From positions 6,448-64,438 of the forward strand of contig DBQJ01000021.1 in the NCBI GenBank assembly GCA_002305205.1: a stretch of DNA of 57,991 nt, in the 5' to 3' direction. The notes under the pieces are model-generated. The model made no database searches. It had not been told where the DNA came from and saw only the letters and a program-made list of their open reading frames with translations. Below, piece after piece: positions 26,756-33,983 of this stretch. Source of the stretch: a candidate division WWE3 bacterium UBA1397 (GTDB lineage: Bacteria; Patescibacteriota; WWE3; UBA101185; UBA10185). Position numbers and translations under genes: made by a program. Position 1 is the first letter of the stretch, and each line of letters starts with the position of its first letter.

Positions 26756-27736
26756 ATGGACATTTTCAGCCCGCTACAGTTGTTTGCAGACCTTGTTACA
26801 TACCATTTGTTAGGTGTGGTACCCCATTCCTATCTTGGGGATACCATAAACTTCTTTATCTACGATGTTCTAAAAATAGGGCTTCTCCTTGTAGCTATAA
26901 ATTATTTAATGGCTGTGGTGCGTTTCTACTTCCCAATGGAGAAAGCACGGGACATACTTACTAAACGCAGATGGTATGGATTGGATTATTTACTAGCCGC
27001 TTTGCTCGGAGTAGTGACCCCATTTTGTTCGTGTTCATCTATTCCATTATTTATCGGGTTTGTCGGCGCGGGTATTCCTCTTGGTGTAACCTTCGCTTTT
27101 CTTATTAGCTCGCCTTTAATAAATGAGGCGTCCCTTTATTTATTCCCAGCTATGTTTGGTATGAAAGTGACAATTATTTACAACCTGATTGGAATAGCTG
27201 TTGCGGTATTAGGTGGCTTAATAATACAAAAGCTAAATGTTGAAAGGTTTGTTAAACCGGAGCTGTTAAAGTTTAAGTCAAAGCAACAGGTTATTATAGA
27301 AAACGGAGGTTCCCCCCTCCCTTTCAAAGAGTTAATTAAGTATTTCTGGAAAGATGGAATGAGCATAACCAAGAATGTTTTCCCCTATGTTGTTTTAGGG
27401 GTTAGCGTTGGTGCTTTAATACACGGCTTTGTTCCAGCATCTTTAGTTGAAAAATATCTGTCGGCAAGGACTATATGGGCGATACCATTAGCTGTTTTAC
27501 TTGGGGCACCTTTATACGCAAACTCTGTAAGTGTAATACCTGTAATGGAAGCCCTAGTTGGAAAGGGCGTCCCTTTGGGGACAGCATTAGCCTTTATGAC
27601 ATCTATTGTTACAATTTCAATCCCCGAAGCTCTGATTTTGAAAAAGGTAATGAGATGGCAACTACTGGCTACCTTTTTTGGCATTACTGTTGCTGGAATA
27701 ATAGTGATGGGTTATATACTTAATATAGTTATTTGA
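26756..27736 (+). CDS. ArsP_1/DUF318-type permease
   Basis: About 8 TM helices with the hallmark TPFCSCSSIPLF motif. The arsR / thioredoxin-like / permease gene order is a recurrent conserved cluster. Confidence 0.75.
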   Translation: MDIFSPLQLFADLVTYHLLGVVPHSYLGDTINFFIYDVLKIGLLLVAINYLMAVVRFYFPMEKARDILTKRRWYGLDYLLAALLGVVTPFCSCSSIPLFIGFVGAGIPLGVTFAFLISSPLINEASLYLFPAMFGMKVTIIYNLIGIAVAVLGGLIIQKLNVERFVKPELLKFKSKQQVIIENGGSPLPFKELIKYFWKDGMSITKNVFPYVVLGVSVGALIHGFVPASLVEKYLSARTIWAIPLAVLLGAPLYANSVSVIPVMEALVGKGVPLGTALAFMTSIVTISIPEALILKKVMRWQLLATFFGITVAGIIVMGYILNIVI

Positions 27737-27746
27737 AAGAGGTTAT

Positions 27747-28238
27747 ATGGCTAAAAATCTTTTCAGACTACAGACAACCGTTTTGTTAGTTGGAACATTA
27801 TTTGCTTGGTTTACTGTCTATACCGATTTTTCCCGTTTCTATAATCTATATGGTTCTCTGACCAGAATATCCGGTTGTACTATACCTAATCCTGTTACAA
27901 CACCTTGTTTTTACGGGGCATTTGCGTTCCTGTTAGGTTTTATTTGGTCCTTTAACATCCTTAAAAAGGTTCTGAAAGACGAAACTGTGGTTAGTGAGCA
28001 AAGGAATCTAGGGTATCTGTTAGTTGCAGGCACACTATTTGCCTGGGGCAACTTTTCTTACGAACTAATAAAATACTATACTGCAACAACTGCCGTGAAG
28101 GTATCTTGTTCTGGGGTAGCTACAAACAATGTATTTTTAACTTCCTGCTTTTATGGCTCCGTTATCTTCCTGGCAGCTCTAATCATTTCTACAGTTATAA
28201 GAAAAAGTGTTTTACGAATAAAACCCGAGGCAAACTGA
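27747..28238 (+). CDS. 4-TM membrane protein made of two internal repeats, each with a Cys pair
   Basis: Repeat 1 LVGTLFAWF...SGCTIPNPVTTPCFYGAFAF. Repeat 2 VAGTLFAWG...CSGVATNNVFLTSCFYGSVIF. Confidence 0.55.
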   Translation: MAKNLFRLQTTVLLVGTLFAWFTVYTDFSRFYNLYGSLTRISGCTIPNPVTTPCFYGAFAFLLGFIWSFNILKKVLKDETVVSEQRNLGYLLVAGTLFAWGNFSYELIKYYTATTAVKVSCSGVATNNVFLTSCFYGSVIFLAALIISTVIRKSVLRIKPEAN

Positions 28239-28242
28239 AAAA

Positions 28243-29364
28243 TTAGTTTGTAAGGTTATATTCAATAAAAGAAGAATCATCATATTTTCCATTCTGCATC
28301 CTATGAGAGATTCCATCTGATTTTAGCTTAACCTCGACCTTTAGTTTTCCATTAGCATTTTGAAAATCTTGCGGTGTTACTTTATACAGAAAGTACGGTT
28401 TTTCGGAAAAAGCATTAGCTCCTCTGGTTTGTGTATAGAAAGCAGTAAAATCCGGCGAGTTAGATGAGAATAAATAGTACAGTTTCTTATCCTCTTTTAA
28501 GTTTGTTCCGGTAGCAGCGATAAAAAGATAATCTCCAGCCTTCAGGTTTGTTGATGAAGTTGTAACCGTGTATTTCTCCGGACCCGTGTAACCATTTGAT
28601 GCAGATTGTTTCACAATGGTTCCTAAATCATCGTACACCTCACTAATAATTGGGTACTGTTGGTCATTGATACCGTAATAAACTTGACTATCTTCCGCAT
28701 TAGTTTCCTTTTCTCCGGCTAGCAGTTCCTTTATTGTTGGTTTATATCTGTTGTTTATGGCTTGTTGGTTAAATGCAGAATAATCTGGATTTTGCTCAAG
28801 ATTGTTTTCGATATTAAAATCTGTGTTTGCTTTGTTTAAGGTGTTCCAACTAGCCATTTTTGCCGGATAGGTTTCGTTAGCGTATTTATTCCACATTTCA
28901 TCTGTCATCTGGTTGTTGTAATAGGCACGCATATTATCAAGATATTCTTTATCTAACGCATAAAGTTGTTTTTTTTCGTCTAGCCGGTTGTTGATTAGCT
29001 CTGTGAACTTCTCCCAAGCCTGCGGGTCTATCTTTGCCGCTTGTTCTGTTAAATCAACGGATTTTTTAAGGTTAGTATTTAAGTTGTTTTCAAAAAGGTT
29101 TATAGCTTCTAATCCTTTTTCAGAACGGATTATAGTTCCCTTAACATAGTCGCTAATTGCTAGGTCTTTTATTGAATAAATTGACGCTGCTTCGGCTGAT
29201 TGGTGAAGCAAGTCTCTGGCATTGTTAATATCGGCAAATACTCGCTTTTGCTGATAAGCATCACGGGCGTTCAAATAAGTACCCGCTACAAACAGCCCTG
29301 CAAAACCTAAACAAAAAACAACAAATATAACTCCAAGTATTTTCAAGATTTTCTTAACTTTCAT
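28243..29364 (-). CDS. N-terminally anchored extracytoplasmic protein
   Basis: 373 aa with a single N-terminal TM. Its start overlaps the upstream gene's stop by 4 nt. Confidence 0.55.
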   Translation of the reverse strand: MKVKKILKILGVIFVVFCLGFAGLFVAGTYLNARDAYQQKRVFADINNARDLLHQSAEAASIYSIKDLAISDYVKGTIIRSEKGLEAINLFENNLNTNLKKSVDLTEQAAKIDPQAWEKFTELINNRLDEKKQLYALDKEYLDNMRAYYNNQMTDEMWNKYANETYPAKMASWNTLNKANTDFNIENNLEQNPDYSAFNQQAINNRYKPTIKELLAGEKETNAEDSQVYYGINDQQYPIISEVYDDLGTIVKQSASNGYTGPEKYTVTTSSTNLKAGDYLFIAATGTNLKEDKKLYYLFSSNSPDFTAFYTQTRGANAFSEKPYFLYKVTPQDFQNANGKLKVEVKLKSDGISHRMQNGKYDDSSFIEYNLTN

Positions 29365-29819
29365 TTTAGAGCCTCCTTTTTGAATAAAGAAAATAAATAG
29401 AAAAGATAAAAAGATGCAGCCAAATCTAACGGCACCCAGGTGCTTCTTGGAAGTTCCGGAACAACAAATGGATTAAATAAAACAAGAATGGAGATTAAAC
29501 CAAATAACCTAATGTCTGAAACATACTTTTTATACCTTACAAGAAGGTAGGAACCTATCACGATAGTGAAAAGTCGCAGGGCATCGTAATAATCAAAATC
29601 GTAATCGTCCGCTTCAAATGGGAGCACCGCCAACAGATACATACCACATAGCGGTAACAAGCATAATTGTGCAAGTTTGTTTAGGTTATTTTTAGTAAAT
29701 AACGATGAAATAAAGTGCTTTATCTTAATAAAATTATCTCGAAATAACAGCACAACTACAGGGATTCCAATGAAGAATAAAATAGGCAATATAGTGTTGT
29801 ATACCGTACTTTCTGACAT
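29361..29819 (-). CDS. integral membrane protein (4 TM), first gene of the element C minus-strand operon
   Basis: 152-aa hydrophobic ORF whose start abuts the structured leader. Confidence 0.55.
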   Translation of the reverse strand: MSESTVYNTILPILFFIGIPVVVLLFRDNFIKIKHFISSLFTKNNLNKLAQLCLLPLCGMYLLAVLPFEADDYDFDYYDALRLFTIVIGSYLLVRYKKYVSDIRLFGLISILVLFNPFVVPELPRSTWVPLDLAASFYLFYLFSLFKKEALK

Positions 29820-29930
29820 AACAAAGGGACTACCTTCTTCGTAGCCCTAGCTTGTCAGCATTGAACCCTCGGAAAGGTAGCCCCTTCGTAGGTTCAATGC
29901 CTTTTAAGTCGGCGTGACTGACAAGCTAGG
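29820..29930 (-). ncRNA. structured 5' leader, copy 2 (same architecture as 20697-20806)
   Basis: P1 CCUAGCUUGUCAG/CUGACAAGCUAGG; P2 GCAUUGAACC/GGUUCAAUGC. The loop AAGGGGCUACCUU pairs with AAGGUAGUCCCUU just before the AUG. A TATAAT box lies 14 nt upstream (29950-29945, minus strand). Confidence 0.55.
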
Positions 29931-30143
29931 TTTTTACTTCTCTGATTATATCGTCATTAGGCTATATAGCATAGGATTTTAATAAAATGTGTAAGGATTA
30001 CACCCTTTTTGCCTATTTAGCCTATTCAAAAATATAAGTGCAAAGTGTATGGATATAACCGGTTATGTGTATTTTGAGCCTCGAAAATTGAACTATCCCT
30101 ACCCCATACACCCCTAATTATTGTTACGATGTAAAATAAAACT

Positions 30144-31154
30144 ATGAAAACTGAATCTAGCAATGATTCGGTGTCTTGGAAAACGGACGCCGGAGAAGAT
30201 GGCACTCTGTTTCGAATGTGGAGATTCTTCTCAAATATCAGCGACAGCCTATTATTAAAAGTTGCAATCAACAAGGAGTTTGGTCAGGATGTCGGAGAAA
30301 TACGAGATAAGTTAAGTATTGATGTGACACGGCTGCGTTCACTTCTTTTGAAGAAGATTTCTAACCCTAGGGTTCTATATTATGCTTTACGCTATAAAAA
30401 CGACCTACCAAAAGACGAAAGTGGTTATGTTGAGGGAAACGAAAGCTATGAACAGGAATACGACGGATTGGGTGCAAAAGAACCTAGATATCTTAAAGAC
30501 ACCGATGCAGCCGCATTGTTACTAGGATTAAAAGAGTTAGGTGTCCTTGAAAAGGAGTATGTTTCGAAGAATGTTGAAGATGATGTAGCAAAGTTGCTGA
30601 AAAAATACCATTTAAGTTATAGGTACTTTCGTCGTGTAGAGAGTATAGTTTTGTATAACGATTTCCCACCTGTACCTGCTTTGTGGGATATGGACTATAG
30701 AGATTTTGTAGGTGATGACTTAACAAAAGAGGACCGCAAAAAATTAGAACCGTTGCTCAAGAATATGGATAAAGAGTTTAAGGCGACGCTAGATACAGAG
30801 GTTTACCGAACGCCCGTTACTTACTTTGATAAGGATAAAAAATGCGTTGTTGTTGAGATATATCCGGACACTTCTTTAGAGCTATTCAAAAGTAAAAATT
30901 ACAAATCTAAACTATTAGAGTTTCAGAAATTACTTTTAGGTTATAGATACACAGATATTAGTTACGATGGCTATGCCGATGCTCTTTACTATTACTTTAC
31001 AACATATAAACATATGAGCCAGAAAGAGGCTTTGTCAAAGATGAAGAAAATCTATGGTCGTAAATATGTTAAGGGTTTTGATAGCGAGGTGACGGCGAGA
31101 GCAAGTACAAGAAAACGCCGATTTGAAAAATACGCTAAAGACATAAGTGAGTAA
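30144..31154 (+). CDS. hypothetical protein (element C)
   Basis: 336-aa ORF. No motif recognised. Confidence 0.5.
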   Translation: MKTESSNDSVSWKTDAGEDGTLFRMWRFFSNISDSLLLKVAINKEFGQDVGEIRDKLSIDVTRLRSLLLKKISNPRVLYYALRYKNDLPKDESGYVEGNESYEQEYDGLGAKEPRYLKDTDAAALLLGLKELGVLEKEYVSKNVEDDVAKLLKKYHLSYRYFRRVESIVLYNDFPPVPALWDMDYRDFVGDDLTKEDRKKLEPLLKNMDKEFKATLDTEVYRTPVTYFDKDKKCVVVEIYPDTSLELFKSKNYKSKLLEFQKLLLGYRYTDISYDGYADALYYYFTTYKHMSQKEALSKMKKIYGRKYVKGFDSEVTARASTRKRRFEKYAKDISE

Positions 31155-31159
31155 TCTAC

Positions 31160-31195
31160 CTAACGCCAGCGATAACCTACAGCGTTAGCATTTTT
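31160..31195 (+). terminator. candidate intrinsic terminator after 30144-31154
   Basis: Stem ctaacgc/gcgttag followed by cattttt. Confidence 0.45.
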
Positions 31196-31275
31196 CCCTA
31201 TTCCATAGTGCTACTCTAAAAATTGCTAGAAAAGTTTTCACCGCCTGGGGGTTGTGGTAACACAAAGCGGGTTTG

Positions 31276-31304
31276 ACCGACCTCCCCCAGGGGTCGGTTT
31301 TTTA
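31276..31304 (+). terminator. candidate terminator/attenuator hairpin upstream of the element C micro-ORF
   Basis: Stem accgacc/ggtcggt with the loop tcccccagg, followed by tttttt. The loop can also pair with cctggggg at 31244-31251. Confidence 0.4.
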
Positions 31305-31315
31305 TAAGCAAAAAT

Positions 31316-31492
31316 ATGAGCGAAAAAGCAAATGTACAAAAAAAGAATAAGGAAAATGATACGCAAATTGTAAGTGACCAAGATATGGCTGAATACCTTC
31401 GACAGTTTGCCGCTTTTTTACTAACGGTATTTTCTGAAAATAAAATTATTTCTGGGGGTCGCTATGGCGAATGCGAAACAAATAAAAAATGA
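31316..31492 (+). CDS. micro-ORF (58 aa), element C counterpart of the conserved micro-ORF
   Basis: Hand translation contains MAEYLRQFAAFLLTVFSENK, matching MLEYLRQLACFLLSLSEGKK of element A. It overlaps the start of the next gene. Confidence 0.4.
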   Translation: MSEKANVQKKNKENDTQIVSDQDMAEYLRQFAAFLLTVFSENKIISGGRYGECETNKK

Positions 31493-32348
31493 GGAAAACC
31501 TTTTATCTGATTGGATAGCATTTCCCAGAAAAATCTCAAGTATGTACAAGAATGGTGAGATAAACAGACCGGAGTACCTTGTTTGTTTACACTTACGGCT
31601 TCAAGCTAATCCCTATGGAATAAGCTCTACTTGCCTAGAGGCAATAAGAAATGATGTGTTTGGAAAGAGTACGGGTCATAAAGGTGTAACTCTAAATTAT
31701 GTAAATAAAATACTACTTTCCTTAAAGCGTAAGAGGATGTTGTACTATCAAGACAGGGCTGGGAGGTCAGGTTCGTTTGAGATTCGCTTTGCCGATTTTA
31801 TTGACCCTAACAAGAACATTACTGATATAAAACACCTATTTGAAAGTGACTATAGTAAGAGAAGTAGCACACCTTTGAGAGTATCCGTATCAGAGGTTAC
31901 TGCAGAACTCAAAGAAGAAAATCAGAGGTTTGAAAATCCAATAAATGAGGGGGTGAAAACTAACGAAGATGTTGGTGCAAAGGGAATAATCACAGGTTAT
32001 AATAATGATACCGATATACAAAACAAGATTGAAAATACCGATATATCGGTTTCTTATAAAAAGGGAGATGGGGAAAAACCACTACCCGAGTATGTGTGTA
32101 GAAACCCAACCGATAGTTTCGCACCGAACGGGTATGAGGAAAACACAGCTAAAGAAATTGCGGGTGGGATTGGCGAAAAATGTATGGACCGATACCTAGC
32201 CCTTATACGGAAGGGTCAGTTTGGTGTTTTGGAAAAAGCGTTTGGAGAGTTTAAGGAAGACTTGGAGAATGGAAAAAACCCTAGTGATAAGCCCGCTTAC
32301 CTTAACAGCATAATTACAAGAATGCTTAAAGAAAAAATTGGAAAATAG
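31464..32348 (+). CDS. winged-helix-like DNA-binding protein, paralog of 14771-15658
   Basis: 294 aa. See 14771-15658. Confidence 0.6.
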   Translation: MANAKQIKNEENLLSDWIAFPRKISSMYKNGEINRPEYLVCLHLRLQANPYGISSTCLEAIRNDVFGKSTGHKGVTLNYVNKILLSLKRKRMLYYQDRAGRSGSFEIRFADFIDPNKNITDIKHLFESDYSKRSSTPLRVSVSEVTAELKEENQRFENPINEGVKTNEDVGAKGIITGYNNDTDIQNKIENTDISVSYKKGDGEKPLPEYVCRNPTDSFAPNGYEENTAKEIAGGIGEKCMDRYLALIRKGQFGVLEKAFGEFKEDLENGKNPSDKPAYLNSIITRMLKEKIGK

Positions 32349-32354
32349 TTTTAT

Positions 32355-33890
32355 ATGTATGGTTTAGAAGAACTAAAACCAAAAATAGGAACAAGATTAA
32401 AAGCCGTCGATTACGAGCGTGTAAGCACGCCTGGTCAGGTAATAAACGGGCATTCGATGGAAGTGCAAAGAAAACTTTTTACAACTCTAGTAGAGCAACA
32501 CGATATTGAAGTTCTCAAAACTTTTGAGGACCCAGGGAAATCTGCCAGAAATCTTAATCGAAGGGACATTGAGGAGCTTATGGATTTTTGTGATGACAAC
32601 TCTGACCTTTTGGATGTTGTTTTTGTGCAGGATACCTCAAGGCTTTGTAGAAATGTAGCCGACCATTTAGCCTTAAAAGCATTTCTGAAAAAAAGAGATA
32701 TAAAACTCATCCCGCTTGATGGTTACTTTGGCGATTCTGATGAGGGTGAGTTTGCGGATATTGTTGTTGCAGCAATTAACCAGCTTGAAAGTAGAAGAAC
32801 AGGTAAGAAAACAAAGCGTGTAATGCTAGCACTCGCAGAAAAGGGTTTGAAACCAGGAATGGCTCCACTTGGCTACCTAAACTCCTATCAAAAGGATGTT
32901 CCGATTAAACCAGACCCCGAAAAGAAGCATTTTATTTACTGTATTTATGAGATGTGGCTAACCGGAAGCTACTCTGTAAAAGCAATCGCTGATATCCAAT
33001 TTGAAAAGGGCTTTCGTTCTAAAGAAGGTAAGCAAGTTCAAAAAAATACGATAACAAATATCCTAAAAAATATACTCTATGCTGGTGGATTATTTTACGA
33101 CGGAATAAAATATGAAAAAGCGATGCACGAAGGTATAGTTCCTTTGGATTGGCATTACCGTTCTCTTGCTATGTTTGAAAAGAAAAACAAAGGTGCAAAT
33201 CGAAATAGAAAATATGTAACGCTGTTAGCCGGATATGCCACTTGTCTGAAGTGTGGAAATCAAATGTTTGGTGAATATCATCCAAAAGGTAATTATTATC
33301 GCTGTCAGCATTGTGCAAAAACTAATGTTTCCCTTGAAGATGCCGACGATAAAGTTTCAGCCTTCTTTCACGGAACCGTATTTACAGAAGAAGCCTTGCG
33401 TAAGTTAAGGGATGCGCTCTACGAGGTCAAAAAGGACCAAGGCTCGAGTGTTCCAGAACAGCTAAAGACTTTAAGGCAACGAAGGGACGCTCTGGACAAG
33501 AAAATGCGAGTAATTGAGGACAAGATGTTCTCCGGTGATGAGTTAGTGGATTCTGAACGCTTAAAAGGTAGATATCAGCCACTAAAGGATGAGTTGAGGA
33601 TTGTGGAAGGTCAAATTAAAGACCTAGATAAGCCTTCTACCAATCTTAAAGATTCCGAGATTGAGAAGATTATCAAAGGTTTGAGAAACATTGGTGACCT
33701 TTACGATGCAATGACCAAGCCACAACGAAAGCAGTTTATAAGGTTTTTTATCTCAAAAGCATTTCTGGAGAAGGAGCGGGTTGTAACGAGTTTTGAGTTC
33801 GTACCAGAGTTTGAGGCTTTAGTTACAAGGGATTTAGTTCGTATAAGGGCTAATTGGCTCCCCCGCGTGGATTCGAACCACGAACCTTGA
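32355..33890 (+). CDS. large serine recombinase (element C), 3' end antisense to tRNA-Asn
   Basis: 56 of the first 61 residues are identical to the element A enzyme (hand count), with the same domain layout. The ORF ends PRVDSNHEP, encoded by the complement of the tRNA T-arm. Confidence 0.9.
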   Translation: MYGLEELKPKIGTRLKAVDYERVSTPGQVINGHSMEVQRKLFTTLVEQHDIEVLKTFEDPGKSARNLNRRDIEELMDFCDDNSDLLDVVFVQDTSRLCRNVADHLALKAFLKKRDIKLIPLDGYFGDSDEGEFADIVVAAINQLESRRTGKKTKRVMLALAEKGLKPGMAPLGYLNSYQKDVPIKPDPEKKHFIYCIYEMWLTGSYSVKAIADIQFEKGFRSKEGKQVQKNTITNILKNILYAGGLFYDGIKYEKAMHEGIVPLDWHYRSLAMFEKKNKGANRNRKYVTLLAGYATCLKCGNQMFGEYHPKGNYYRCQHCAKTNVSLEDADDKVSAFFHGTVFTEEALRKLRDALYEVKKDQGSSVPEQLKTLRQRRDALDKKMRVIEDKMFSGDELVDSERLKGRYQPLKDELRIVEGQIKDLDKPSTNLKDSEIEKIIKGLRNIGDLYDAMTKPQRKQFIRFFISKAFLEKERVVTSFEFVPEFEALVTRDLVRIRANWLPRVDSNHEP

Positions 33891-33929
33891 AGTTAACAGC
33901 TTCCTGCTCTACCGTTGAGCTACAGGGGA
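33855..33929 (-). tRNA. tRNA-Asn (GUU), CCA encoded
   Basis: Hand-folded cloverleaf: acceptor UCCCCUG/CGGGGGA, D arm GCUC..GAGC, anticodon loop CUGUUAA, T arm CGUGG-UUCGAAU-CCACG, discriminator G, then CCA. Confidence 0.9.
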
Positions 33930-33983
33930 ATAATGGCTTTTGCATGTTATCACAGGATTAATATGTGTTCAACGATTCAATAC

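Larger units (their letters stand above)
10306..33863. mobile_element. composite accessory island: three tandem serine-recombinase integrative elements at tRNA-Asn
   Basis: The core ATTGGCTC recurs at 10306, 17191, 25649 and 33853. Each internal core lies at the NWL codons of a large serine recombinase, and the last is the 3' end of tRNA-Asn. Composition is visibly richer in G+C than the flanks. Confidence 0.8.
25649..33863 (+). mobile_element. element C (ars-like module, surface-protein pair, wHTH protein, recombinase paralogous to A)
   Basis: Bounded by the cores at 25649 and 33853 (tRNA-Asn 3' end). Its left arm is near-identical to the left arm of A. Confidence 0.7.

Noticed and set aside
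26725-27723. Alternative-frame ORFs within or against the permease gene (26725-26964, 27178-27372, 27385-27684, 27475-27723).
   Set aside because: The permease frame carries the family motif TPFCSCSSIPLF and a consistent TM pattern. The alternatives have none.
10306-33863. The island as a prophage.
   Set aside because: No capsid, portal, large terminase, tail or lysis genes can be recognised. Only a terS-like gene, an HNH nuclease and a Clp-fold protease hint at phage ancestry. An integrative plasmid or satellite-like element is more defensible.
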